A stretch of 64,000 nucleotides of DNA from assembly GCA_002718395.1 (NCBI GenBank), contig PBEG01000016.1:1003-65002 (forward strand). Direction: 5' to 3'. Below the pieces are notes generated by a model. It saw only the letters and a program-made list of their open reading frames with translations. It did not search any database and was not told the DNA's origin. How positions within the stretch are numbered: the first letter of the stretch is position 1; every line of letters starts with the position of its first letter. Source of the stretch: Chloroflexota bacterium. GTDB lineage: Bacteria > Chloroflexota > Dehalococcoidia > UBA2979. Below are positions 19,969 to 29,840 of the stretch, piece after piece. A program made the position numbers and the translations under genes.

Positions 19969-21066
19969 TCAAGTACCAATCCATGGTTGTCCTCTATCAT
20001 TTGCAAGCTTACTATATTCCTCTATCTGATCCATACTAAATGAAAACATGTCATGCACAGATTGCTGGGAATCATGTTTATACCATTCTGCTGTGAATCT
20101 TATGCACTCATGAAAATTAAGAGTTGGCTCCCAATCAAGCAATCTTTTAGCTTTAGTGCAATCTAGTTGAAGTAAACATGATTCATTGAATTGTTGATTC
20201 CTATCTATGGATATTTCTCCCGAACCCCAAACTGAAATAATCTCTTTTGCGACCTCGTTGACAGTTTTGGTCTCCCCAACTTTTGGTCCAAAATTCCATC
20301 CGGTGCTAAAAATATCCTGACCTGTTGATAAATGCATACCTAATAATAGATAGCCGCTAAGTGGCTCTAGAACATGTTGCCAAGGTCTAGTGGACTCAGG
20401 ATTACGAATAATTATAGGATCATCATTATTTAATGCAGTTATGCAGTCTGGGACTAATCGGAACTTAGATCTGTCTCCTCCCCCTATAACATTACCTGCT
20501 CTAGTAGAGGCAATATGCTTATTTGTGCCTCTAAAAAAACTTTCTATGTAGCTTGCAATTACAAGTTCTGCTCCTCCCTTGCTAGCACTGTATGGGTCAT
20601 CTCCGCCTATGGTATCGTCTTCGACATAGCCCTCATCTTTTTCAACATTTCTATAACACTTGTCACTAGTAATTATTACAGCAGTGCATTTTTTCTCATA
20701 GTTTCTTATTGCTTCCAAAATATTGAGTGTTCCAACAATATTTGTCTCAAATGTATAATGTGGGTTCTCAAAGCTAACTCCCACTATTGCTTGTGCAGCA
20801 AGATGGAAAATAAAATCTGGCTTAAAAGAATCTACCTCTCTCTGAACTGATTCATAATTTCTTATATCTAAATACTTATAATCAATCTTATCTGCCAGCT
20901 TTATTGAATTAAAATGATCGTCCATATACTCAGATTCAAGTGCTATACCATATACCTCAGCACCTAGCTCTTTTAACCAAAGGCAAAGCCAAGAACCCTT
21001 AAATCCTGTACATCCTGTAACAAGAACCTTTTTATTCCTGTAAACATCATTAAAAAACTTGAACAT
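19969..21066 (-). CDS. rfbG: CDP-glucose 4,6-dehydratase
   Basis: VLVTGCTGFKGSWLCLWL, IRNPESTRPWQHVLEPLSGYL and WNFGP align with Salmonella RfbG/DdhB. Confidence 0.9.
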   Translation of the reverse strand: MFKFFNDVYRNKKVLVTGCTGFKGSWLCLWLKELGAEVYGIALESEYMDDHFNSIKLADKIDYKYLDIRNYESVQREVDSFKPDFIFHLAAQAIVGVSFENPHYTFETNIVGTLNILEAIRNYEKKCTAVIITSDKCYRNVEKDEGYVEDDTIGGDDPYSASKGGAELVIASYIESFFRGTNKHIASTRAGNVIGGGDRSKFRLVPDCITALNNDDPIIIRNPESTRPWQHVLEPLSGYLLLGMHLSTGQDIFSTGWNFGPKVGETKTVNEVAKEIISVWGSGEISIDRNQQFNESCLLQLDCTKAKRLLDWEPTLNFHECIRFTAEWYKHDSQQSVHDMFSFSMDQIEEYSKLANDRGQPWIGT

Positions 21067-21105
21067 ATATTTGCTTCCTATTCATAATTTATTAGAGATA
21101 AAACA

Positions 21106-21909
21106 TTATTTTGTAATCTTATATGCTGAATCAATGAGTCTTTTTGGAACAAAAGTATACATTTTTGCAAAAACTAATGATATTGCTCCCGAAATTGGTT
21201 TTCTCCATGAAAAGTTTTTTCTTCGTGCAAGAAAATTATACTGAAAGTTTTCACCAAATCTTTTGTCACTAAAATTTCCTACAACCCTATAACTTAGAAG
21301 AAATTGTTCAAGATTATAAATCTTATGGTTGTTGTTCATTAACCTAAGCCAAAGCTCTAGATCTTCTGCTTTTGAAAAATCCTCATCATATAAAAACCCT
21401 TCATCTATTATACCTCTTCTCATCATCACAGTGGGATGTGCGAGTGGATTCCTAAAAATTGACCATAATTTAAGTGCGGATGAAGATTTAGGATACTTTC
21501 TTGATGATATTTCTAATCCATTCTCATCAATTATCTGAATTGCTGAACCTACAATTGAATAGCGAGGATTATTTTCAAGAAAATCTACCTGAGATTCTAG
21601 CCTTATCGGATGAGATATATCATCAGGGTCCATCCTAGCTATAAATTTTCCTTTAGCTTTCTCTAATCCTAGATTCAGAGCTTGTGAGAAAATTTTTTTC
21701 TCCTCTGTTCTAAGAACCTTAATTCTATGATCCATCGAAGATATTTGATTAATTATATCTACTGTCTTTTGCTCAGTGCTATCATCCACGATAATTAGCT
21801 CGATATTCTTCAATGTTTGCTGAGTAATGCTATTGATAGATCGTTTGAGAAGTCTAACATCTTCATTGAAAGCAACCAGAATGACTGAAACTATTGGTTC
21901 GTCTTGCAT
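21106..21909 (-). CDS. family 2 glycosyltransferase
   Basis: VSVILVAFNE...IVDDSTEQ GT2 N-terminal motifs. 267 aa. Confidence 0.7.
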   Translation of the reverse strand: MQDEPIVSVILVAFNEDVRLLKRSINSITQQTLKNIELIIVDDSTEQKTVDIINQISSMDHRIKVLRTEEKKIFSQALNLGLEKAKGKFIARMDPDDISHPIRLESQVDFLENNPRYSIVGSAIQIIDENGLEISSRKYPKSSSALKLWSIFRNPLAHPTVMMRRGIIDEGFLYDEDFSKAEDLELWLRLMNNNHKIYNLEQFLLSYRVVGNFSDKRFGENFQYNFLARRKNFSWRKPISGAISLVFAKMYTFVPKRLIDSAYKITK

Positions 21910-21945
21910 GAAAGCATTTAGAAGAAAATGATTTTTCTATTATTG

Positions 21946-22521
21946 CTAGTAGAGAACTCTCATCATGCAGTGATCTATGATCATATGAAGATCTTCTGCG
22001 ATCTGCATATCATGAATAGGAACATTAACATTATATTGAGCAATTGAACCTAATGTTCCTCCACTGTATCCCGTCAATCCAATAGTTGTCCCACCATTTT
22101 CATTGGCATATTCAACTGCCTTGATAACATTCATCGAATTGCCTGATCCAGATATACCAAATACAACATCTCCCTCTTTGAAATGATTCTTTAGCTGCTC
22201 TACAAAAATGTCCTCATAAGAGACATCATTTGCATAAGCCATCATTGATGGAATATTGTCATTTAAGGAAAAAAACTTATATCTCTTTTGGTTTTCCTGA
22301 GTAAGGCCTTTATTGAAGTCGCAAACATAATGTGAAGCCGTAGCGGCTGAACCACCATTACCCATAATGAATATAGTCTTATCTCCATCTTTCGATTCCT
22401 CAAGAACATTCATTAGCGTATTCATGTCATCTAATGAAACTTTATCTATAGTATCTTTAAGCTTAGAAAAGTACTCCAAGATGTCATTTTTATAATCTTT
22501 ATTGTATTGAACTGCTTCCAT
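21946..22521 (-). CDS. gmhA: phosphoheptose (sedoheptulose-7-phosphate) isomerase, SIS domain
   Basis: FIMGNGGSAATASH, GISGSGNS SIS motifs. 191 aa. Confidence 0.85.
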   Translation of the reverse strand: MEAVQYNKDYKNDILEYFSKLKDTIDKVSLDDMNTLMNVLEESKDGDKTIFIMGNGGSAATASHYVCDFNKGLTQENQKRYKFFSLNDNIPSMMAYANDVSYEDIFVEQLKNHFKEGDVVFGISGSGNSMNVIKAVEYANENGGTTIGLTGYSGGTLGSIAQYNVNVPIHDMQIAEDLHMIIDHCMMRVLY

Positions 22522-23501
22522 CAGTTTTCCATTAAGTTAATTATTTTTGACCCTTTTGACTCAAAATTGAATTTCAATTCAAAGAAATCAATCATATTCT
22601 GCCTAAATTCTTCTTGTTTTTCCAGCGGACAGTAAAATAATATGAATCCTCCTCCTCCAGCTCCACATAGTTTTCCTCCAAGAGCGCCTGACTTAATTCC
22701 CCTATCATAAATATCATCAATGCCTGTATTAGAGATCTCACTAGTCAAACTTTTCTTCAGATTCCATCCTTCATGCAATATCTGGCCAAAGTCATCCAAT
22801 CTTCCTCCCTCAAGCGACTCTCTCAATTTATCAGCCTGTCTGACCATTAAATTCATTTGATCAATTTTATTTTTTTTTGAAATTTCTTCATTCTGCTTTT
22901 TTAGAATTTTTGAAGCAGATCTTGTTCCCTCTGTGAAGATCATGATCAAATTTCTATCTAACTCTTCTTTGAGATTATTCTGCATCTTAATAGGTTCAAC
23001 ATTGACTGTTCCGTCAGGAAAAAATTTAATGTGATTCAATCCTCCATATGATGCAGCATACTGATCCTGCTTCCCTATAGGATTTTTCAGACGATCAATT
23101 TCAATGTAACAAGCCTTACTAGCTAATTCCTCTTTAGATAAATTCTCACCAATATAACTATATACAACATTTAGTAGACCAACCGTAAATGAGCTGCTTG
23201 AGCCTAAACCGGTTCCAGATGGAGCATCTGCTATTGAGTTAATATCTATGCCCGTAATGCCTTTCTCTTCCAGTACTGCTTTAAAGATTTGATGTTCAAT
23301 TTCTTCAATAGAGGAAACTAATTCTGTTTTAGAATATTTTAACTGTATCTTCTCTCTGAAAAAGAACGGATGCATAGCGAGATATACATATTTATCAATT
23401 GTTGTACTTACAACAGCTCCTATTTGATCTTGATAGAATGATTGAAGATCAGTTCCCCCTCCGGCAAATGATATTCTAAAAGGCGTTCTTGAAATCAACA
23501 T
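22521..23501 (-). CDS. hddA: GHMP-family sugar kinase, D-glycero-alpha-D-manno-heptose 7-phosphate kinase-like
   Basis: PSGTGLGSSSS GHMP motif, RISFAGGGTD N-terminus. Sits between gmhA and hddC-gmhB. Confidence 0.75.
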   Translation of the reverse strand: MLISRTPFRISFAGGGTDLQSFYQDQIGAVVSTTIDKYVYLAMHPFFFREKIQLKYSKTELVSSIEEIEHQIFKAVLEEKGITGIDINSIADAPSGTGLGSSSSFTVGLLNVVYSYIGENLSKEELASKACYIEIDRLKNPIGKQDQYAASYGGLNHIKFFPDGTVNVEPIKMQNNLKEELDRNLIMIFTEGTRSASKILKKQNEEISKKNKIDQMNLMVRQADKLRESLEGGRLDDFGQILHEGWNLKKSLTSEISNTGIDDIYDRGIKSGALGGKLCGAGGGGFILFYCPLEKQEEFRQNMIDFFELKFNFESKGSKIINLMEN

Positions 23502-24752
23502 TTAAATAATACTCTTAACTTGATCTAATAGTGCATTTTTGGAATTGGTTTCAATTAGAAAACTTTCTTTCAAGCCAGCATTTTTACCGGCATTTATATC
23601 TCTTTGATGATCTCCAATCATATATGATTCATCTAGTTTAATATTCCATTCATTAGATGCTGAAAAAAACATTCCAGGTGCAGGCTTTCTACATTCACAC
23701 TTGATCTTATATTCTTTTCTCTCCTCAGGAAAACCTCCATCTGGATGATGAGGGCAGAAGTATATTGCATTTATAAAAGCCCCCTGATTACCCAAAAGGG
23801 TTTCTAATTTTTTATGGATATCATCTAACTCTTCTAGAGAACACAAGTTTCTGGCAATAACAGGCTGATTAGTAATAACGATAGCCATAAAATTGCTTTT
23901 ATTTATGAGCTTGATTGCCTCTACAACTCCATCAATTAACTCAATTTTATTAATATCATGCAATAGATCAACTTCTTCATTAATAACACCATCTCGATCC
24001 ATGAATATTGCTTTTTGTGGACTATCCAAACTCATAAAGGTCAATTTTTTTTGAGAAATATCTTCGCAAACTTGGGTAAATCTGATTGGTGTTCCCATGT
24101 CCTTTATGTATTCGGGTGTATTATATGCGAAGAGATGGAAGCCTTCTTCTATAGACCGTATTAATATATCACTCACAAGATCAGACTTTTGATTCTCTGG
24201 AATCAAACTGAGCATCTTGGGTGAGAGAATATAAACACCTGCATTGACCAGGTTTTTATAAATCAGTGCATCATTATGAGGCTTTAATAAAAAACTAGTA
24301 ATATGATTTTCATGATTTGTCTCTATTAGATCTGAATCAAATGGATGATCATTAGGATGAACCAACAAAGTGGAATCTGAATTTTCTCTTTTATGATAAT
24401 CAATCATTCTTTGTATATTAAATTCCATAATAATATCTCCATAGAATAGGAGAAAATCTTCATTTAATTGATTTCTTAGATTACCTAGAGCTCCTGCAGA
24501 TCCTAGAGGAACATCTTCCTGATGATAAGAAATCATAATATCCCAGTCTGAACCATCACCAAAATAATCTTTTATTTTTTGGCCTAGATATCCAATACAA
24601 ATGATTATTTCTCTGATTCCATACTTTTTTGCGAGCAATATTTGTCGCTCTAAAACTGGTATTCCTTCAACTTTGATTAGAGGTTTAGGAATATCAACAG
24701 AGATTTCGGAAACTCTGGTACCCTTTCCTCCTGCCATTATGACTAATTTCAT
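23502..24752 (-). CDS. bifunctional heptose-1-phosphate nucleotidyltransferase / HAD-type D,D-heptose 1,7-bisphosphate phosphatase (HddC::GmhB fusion)
   Basis: N-terminal MAGGKGTR nucleotidyltransferase fold. C-terminal HAD-IIIA domain FMDRDGVIN...GD with CPHHP..C.CRKP zinc motif typical of GmhB. Confidence 0.8.
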   Translation of the reverse strand: MKLVIMAGGKGTRVSEISVDIPKPLIKVEGIPVLERQILLAKKYGIREIIICIGYLGQKIKDYFGDGSDWDIMISYHQEDVPLGSAGALGNLRNQLNEDFLLFYGDIIMEFNIQRMIDYHKRENSDSTLLVHPNDHPFDSDLIETNHENHITSFLLKPHNDALIYKNLVNAGVYILSPKMLSLIPENQKSDLVSDILIRSIEEGFHLFAYNTPEYIKDMGTPIRFTQVCEDISQKKLTFMSLDSPQKAIFMDRDGVINEEVDLLHDINKIELIDGVVEAIKLINKSNFMAIVITNQPVIARNLCSLEELDDIHKKLETLLGNQGAFINAIYFCPHHPDGGFPEERKEYKIKCECRKPAPGMFFSASNEWNIKLDESYMIGDHQRDINAGKNAGLKESFLIETNSKNALLDQVKSII

Positions 24753-25657
24753 AATTCTTTTATTGTTTTAGCTAGTCCTTCACGAATAGAGAGTTTTGGT
24801 TTCCAGCCAAGATAACTTTCGGCTTTAGCATATGAGCCAAATTCAATTGATTCTTCATCATATCTAAATAATGATTGATCAGATTGAATATCAATTCTTA
24901 GATCAAACAAATCTTCAATTTGATTAACTATTTCTTCTGCACTTAAAGCAAGGCCTGATGATAAATTGAAGGTTTCATTTCCTGTTTCAATTTCAGTGCT
25001 TATTGCGAGGCTAAATGCATCTGCGATATCATCAACATGAATATAATCTCTTTTAGCTTTTATATCACCAAGCGTGATTTTTTGTTTATCTCTGTTATCA
25101 AAATTAATTTGCTTGATAATTGTTGGAATTAAAAAATGATCAACTTGGCCTGCCCCATATGCCTGAAAAATCCTAAAAGTAATATATGTCTTATCATTCG
25201 TTGAATAAAAATCAATAAGCCTCTCAGCAATTAATTTTGACTTACCCAGTATATTAATTGGATCCGTCGTGGATTTTTCAGCCAGAGGTAACTCGGAAAT
25301 CTTTCCATAAACTTTTCCTGTTGAGGCATATATGAATTTCTTAGCTTTTTTTGATGAATTAAATGCACTAAGAACGTTTTTAGTGCCATCAAGATTAATA
25401 TCTAAGGTTTGGTATTTTTTATCAATAATTTCTTCATGGGCAGTGATTGCTGCAAGATGAATTACAATATCAACTTCTGCAATCTTACTAGAAATGAATT
25501 TTTTATCGAGAATCGAGCCTGAATCGTACTGATCTAGATACTTTGAAATAGCCTTTTTTTGAATATCAATCCCTAGAATCTTAAATCCAGCATCTGAAAG
25601 TTTCTTTGCTATATTTCTTCCTAAAAAGCCGTTTACACCTGTGATGAGAATATTCAA
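24749..25657 (-). CDS. NAD-dependent epimerase/reductase (GDP-heptose-modifying reductase-like)
   Basis: ILITGVNGFLGRN Rossmann, SDR fold, 302 aa. 4-bp overlap with the upstream gene. Confidence 0.55.
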   Translation of the reverse strand: MNILITGVNGFLGRNIAKKLSDAGFKILGIDIQKKAISKYLDQYDSGSILDKKFISSKIAEVDIVIHLAAITAHEEIIDKKYQTLDINLDGTKNVLSAFNSSKKAKKFIYASTGKVYGKISELPLAEKSTTDPINILGKSKLIAERLIDFYSTNDKTYITFRIFQAYGAGQVDHFLIPTIIKQINFDNRDKQKITLGDIKAKRDYIHVDDIADAFSLAISTEIETGNETFNLSSGLALSAEEIVNQIEDLFDLRIDIQSDQSLFRYDEESIEFGSYAKAESYLGWKPKLSIREGLAKTIKEL

Positions 25658-26635
25658 TTAATAGTAACCTTTATCTATGAATTCTCTCCAATAGCTCAAC
25701 ACAGATTCCATCGTCTGCTCAAAAGGAATTTTAGGTTCCCACCCTGTCAGATCACGGAACTTCTTAAACTCACCTATAAATGTTTTCAACTCAGTAGGCC
25801 TTACTCTGATTGGGTCTACCTCATATGAAATCTTATCAGCACTTGTTGATAAGCTTATTAGTACCTCAAGACACTCTTTCATAGTATAAATATTTTGTGA
25901 ACCAATCAGATAAAGCTCTGATGGAACACCCTTTTCCATTGCTAGTGTGTAGGCTCTTACTAGATCTAATACGTCAGTAAAATTTCTAGTTGCTTCCAGG
26001 TTGCCTACCTTGATTACTGGATCTTGCAATCCTCTTTCAATAGATGCAATTTGAAAAGCAAATGAGGCGTTTGCACCTAATATACCTCTTCGCGGGCCCT
26101 CATGATTGAATGCTCTCGTTCTTATTATTGGAATATCATAACTAGCAGAATAGACCATTGAAACCATATCCTGAGCAGCCTTACTTGCAGCATATGGATT
26201 TATTGGATGCACTCTAGTTTCTTCTGTAATCGGGATAAGATTTTCAGGAACATCTCCAAATTCTTCAGGGGTGCAAGAAAGAAACACCTTCGCTTTAGAT
26301 CCTTGATTTCTCATTGCCTCAAATAGATTAATTGTACCAATTGCATTTGTCTGCATATATGCTGCTGGCATATCCCAGCTGGGCGTAACCCAACTAAGTG
26401 CTCCTAAATGATATATTTCATCGGGTTGAGTATCCTGGATGAGTTTGATTAGACTAGTTTGATCAATCAAATCGCCGTCATGAAGTGATATCTTATCAAC
26501 TATATGATGAATATTTCTTAGTTGAGAATTCGGCCTCTTTAAACCAAAAATTTCATTTTCTGGATTTTCAAGCAGTAGGTCTGCTAGATGGCTTCCAACA
26601 AAACCTGTAATGCCCGTGATTAGTATCTTTTTCAC
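25658..26635 (-). CDS. GDP-sugar 4,6-dehydratase family (Gmd-like; probable GDP-heptose 4,6-dehydratase or Rmd-like reductase)
   Basis: ILITGITGFVGSHL, YAASKAA, RAFNHEGPRRG (compare FNHESPRRG of Gmd). This is a second copy in addition to the bona fide gmd at 32521. Confidence 0.6.
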   Translation of the reverse strand: MKKILITGITGFVGSHLADLLLENPENEIFGLKRPNSQLRNIHHIVDKISLHDGDLIDQTSLIKLIQDTQPDEIYHLGALSWVTPSWDMPAAYMQTNAIGTINLFEAMRNQGSKAKVFLSCTPEEFGDVPENLIPITEETRVHPINPYAASKAAQDMVSMVYSASYDIPIIRTRAFNHEGPRRGILGANASFAFQIASIERGLQDPVIKVGNLEATRNFTDVLDLVRAYTLAMEKGVPSELYLIGSQNIYTMKECLEVLISLSTSADKISYEVDPIRVRPTELKTFIGEFKKFRDLTGWEPKIPFEQTMESVLSYWREFIDKGYY

Positions 26636-26656
26636 TGATTTTCTTCCGCCTAAAGA

Positions 26657-27658
26657 TTATTCGCTATAGTATACATGGATATCCTCGTTATTCTCCATGA
26701 ATTCATAAACAATGGTTTGCTCCAAAGCAGAGTGAAAATTAACAGGTGATATAAAACCTGTTTCACTGATAGATGATGAAAAAACGCTCTCACTACAGAA
26801 CTTTTTTACTCTTATTGAACTTATTCCATAGTCTTTTCCTGTTGCAAATGATAGAAGATCAAAAACCTTTCCAATTAGAAGTGCTAAGAAGATTGGAACT
26901 CGAAGATTTCTGTCATAATTTCTTCCAAATATTTTCTTAACAAAAGCTACAAGCTGATTCATAGTGAGATCAGGTTTATCGACAAAATTGTAAACATGTA
27001 TACCTGGATCAAATGATATTGAATATTCTATAAAAGCGGCTAGATTCTCAACATAAGCCATAGATTTTTTATTTAATCCGCTGCCTATCATTAAAAAAAA
27101 CTTTGAATAGATCTGGTTAAATAGGTTGTAAACATTTCCTCGATTCCTCTCTCCAAAAACCACAGTTGGCCTTATGATTACAAGACTTCTTAAATGAGGT
27201 TCTTCCTCTTGCCATGATTTATATACACTTTCTGCAAGCAATTTTGTTCTTCCATAATCATTGGATGGATTTGTTTCACTTGTCTCATCAACCTCACTAG
27301 TAACTTGACCATATACAGCTACAGAGCTAGTAAAAATTATGGTATTAATTTTCTTCTCTCTTGCTAGATCACAAACATTAGTCGCTCCATCCACATTTAC
27401 TTCATCATATAGACTTACAGGCCTCACATTATCTTTATGCTCAGCCGCAAGATTAATTATTATGGAATCATGGTTAATGGCATCCATTAGCTCCATTTTT
27501 GAGCGAACATCTGCAATTTTTGTTCTTTCTGGAAAGTTAAAGCTTGATGACTTATCGATAATCGAAAAATCTGCTTTCTTCTCGTCTAGCCTCTTACATA
27601 ATCTTGAGCCAATAAAACCACTTCCTCCTATAACATCAATTTTGATTTTGTCTTTCAT
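26657..27658 (-). CDS. NAD-dependent epimerase/dehydratase family protein (start probably Met21 at 27658)
   Basis: IDVIGGSGFIGSRL Rossmann, YGRTK YxxxK. The longer ORF-track start overlaps wzy by 56 bp. Confidence 0.6.
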   Translation of the reverse strand: MKDKIKIDVIGGSGFIGSRLCKRLDEKKADFSIIDKSSSFNFPERTKIADVRSKMELMDAINHDSIIINLAAEHKDNVRPVSLYDEVNVDGATNVCDLAREKKINTIIFTSSVAVYGQVTSEVDETSETNPSNDYGRTKLLAESVYKSWQEEEPHLRSLVIIRPTVVFGERNRGNVYNLFNQIYSKFFLMIGSGLNKKSMAYVENLAAFIEYSISFDPGIHVYNFVDKPDLTMNQLVAFVKKIFGRNYDRNLRVPIFLALLIGKVFDLLSFATGKDYGISSIRVKKFCSESVFSSSISETGFISPVNFHSALEQTIVYEFMENNEDIHVYYSE

Positions 27659-27662
27659 TTCT

Positions 27663-28895
27663 CTATTTTGATACATTAACTCTGTCTTCCGAAAAATATT
27701 TTTTCGATCCATAGACAATAGCTATAGATAGGACATATGAAAAAACGATGAATAATTTTTCGAAACCGCTATTTATAACTAACATTAGGAACATTGAGCC
27801 AATTATTGAAAATTTCACCCTCCAGTTTGATCTTATAGATAATACCCTTGATGTGATGACTGAAAATAAGAGCAAGAAAGTTAAAATACCAGCATCATAA
27901 GTAAAACCAGTTACAAAACCATCGCCACTGATTTTGCCCTCTCCTGATAGAAATAATCCGGTATTACCCCCAATGCCAGTTCCTAATATAAATTCTAGTA
28001 ATGTAAAATTTTTAAATAAAAGTAACCAGCTTTCTAACCTTTGTGAATCAGATGCATTGAAGTCGCTATAAAATTCCTGGATGGTCTCAAAGTTAATTAC
28101 AAATAGGAGAAGTGGAACAATTATGATCATTAACGAGAGAATTGCTCTCTTTATGTTTTTGAATGAAATTACATGAACAAATAGTATAAAAAATAGAGAC
28201 AAATATAGCGCTCTAGAAAAAGCCAAGAAGCTTGTAATGGCAAAAATTACTAATAAACAGTTTCTTGTTGATTTGCTTTTAAAATGACTGAAAAATAAAA
28301 TCCATGAGAAAGCAAGCAAGAAGTTAGCATAGTCAACGACAGTCCCGCCTATCCCGCCATTTGCTCTAAAGGTTACTAATGGGTTAGCACTCGTAAAATT
28401 ACTTCCGTATTCTCTGAGTATTCCAACATTTAAAATTTGTGGATGCTGGAGCACACAATAAAAAAACGTAATCAAAAAATATGCCACTAAATAATTTTGT
28501 GCAGAAATAAATATCTCTTTATCTCTTCTTGATGTTAAAAGTATTTGAAATAGATAAACCAACAAAAATGTTCTCAACAGAACATAGAGGCCTGAAATCA
28601 AGCCCATTACATCTCCAGTGAAAAACTGAAATAAAGCCTGAATAATGAAAATAATTGATATTGATACCAATAAAAGTGCTGAAGGTATATGTGTTTTTTT
28701 GTAAAAGTTTGAATCCAAAACAGTGATAAAAAGTAATAAAATTAGAAATTGTACTGCGGTTATTAACTGATTATTTATTGGCAAAAGAAAATCAAGCCAT
28801 GGTCTTAAAGCATTCAAAATAAATATAGCAGCTATTAAAGCTATGACGATTGTATCTGTTTTAAAAATATATTTACTGCTTAACGTCTTCATCAA
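27663..28895 (-). CDS. wzy: O-antigen polymerase/ligase-family membrane protein
   Basis: About 10-12 hydrophobic spans with a large periplasmic-loop region (Wzy_C-like: ...FSRALYLSLFF...). 410 aa. Confidence 0.6.
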   Translation of the reverse strand: MMKTLSSKYIFKTDTIVIALIAAIFILNALRPWLDFLLPINNQLITAVQFLILLLFITVLDSNFYKKTHIPSALLLVSISIIFIIQALFQFFTGDVMGLISGLYVLLRTFLLVYLFQILLTSRRDKEIFISAQNYLVAYFLITFFYCVLQHPQILNVGILREYGSNFTSANPLVTFRANGGIGGTVVDYANFLLAFSWILFFSHFKSKSTRNCLLVIFAITSFLAFSRALYLSLFFILFVHVISFKNIKRAILSLMIIIVPLLLFVINFETIQEFYSDFNASDSQRLESWLLLFKNFTLLEFILGTGIGGNTGLFLSGEGKISGDGFVTGFTYDAGILTFLLLFSVITSRVLSIRSNWRVKFSIIGSMFLMLVINSGFEKLFIVFSYVLSIAIVYGSKKYFSEDRVNVSK

Positions 28896-28912
28896 CTATG
28901 TCATGATAATAA

Positions 28913-29812
28913 TTAATCCTTTTCGTCAAAATTTTTATAGCTAGTAAAGCTGCTAGGTAATTCATTAGCAGAAAAAATGTCAGTAACTAACCTTATACCT
29001 CTGAAAGATGCCCAAAGGAATTGCTCGATGGAGAATAATACAATACCAATGAATGTATTAGGAATCAGTAACTTGAAAATTCCTAGTTCTTTATAGTTTT
29101 TCGATAGTGTATGCAACTCTTTCATTCTAATCTCAGGTATCTGTGATCTCATTGATTTTGTTATTGATCCCTGGTTATTTTGATTCGATAGTATTATTAA
29201 ATCTTTACAAAAAAACCAATTATCAATTTCTAATAGTTGTCTATAAAACCAATCAACGTCAACCAACCATGATAGCTCTGAATTGAATTGCAGTGCTTTT
29301 GTTTTTTTAACTACAATATTGCTAGGCGATCCTATGAGATTTCTTCTAAATAAATACTGTGGAAGTTTATCTAAAATAAATGAAGTCATATAATCGGGCA
29401 TATGGAATTTATATCTCGTACTTGGTTCTTTGATTAAAGCTGATCTGAGTATAATTAGATCTAGGCTAGGATCATTGTTGAGTAACCTCTTAAGATCTTC
29501 AAAAAATCTAGATTTTAATGGGCATTCATCATGATGCATAAATAATAAATATTCGCCTTCGCAGTCTCTGATTAGGTTGTTCCAATTGCTTACTGCACCC
29601 AGATTATTAATATTCTTTCGATACTGAATTTTCCCCTGAGAAAAAAGATTATGATTCTTAACAGTTTTTGAAACTCTATCGGACTCTGAGTCGTCATAAA
29701 TGAGGCACTCATATTCATATATTTTAGATTGCTCTAAGTGATCTAGTATAATTTGGATGCCAACTGGCTCTTCATAAGCTGGAATTAGAATACTTACCCA
29801 TGGTTTTCTCAT
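28913..29812 (-). CDS. family 2 glycosyltransferase
   Basis: VSILIPAYEE...IYDDSESD GT2 motifs. 299 aa. Confidence 0.7.
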   Translation of the reverse strand: MRKPWVSILIPAYEEPVGIQIILDHLEQSKIYEYECLIYDDSESDRVSKTVKNHNLFSQGKIQYRKNINNLGAVSNWNNLIRDCEGEYLLFMHHDECPLKSRFFEDLKRLLNNDPSLDLIILRSALIKEPSTRYKFHMPDYMTSFILDKLPQYLFRRNLIGSPSNIVVKKTKALQFNSELSWLVDVDWFYRQLLEIDNWFFCKDLIILSNQNNQGSITKSMRSQIPEIRMKELHTLSKNYKELGIFKLLIPNTFIGIVLFSIEQFLWASFRGIRLVTDIFSANELPSSFTSYKNFDEKD

Positions 29813-29840
29813 TATTATTTCTATTTTCTTAATTCTAAGC

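Noticed and set aside
27339-27671. 110-aa plus-strand ORF and other 60-130 aa antisense ORFs scattered through the island (e.g. 4230..4672, 11750..12145, 13408..13672, 33072..33388)
   Set aside because: All lie antisense within well-supported minus-strand enzymes in an AT-rich genome where long spurious ORFs are common.
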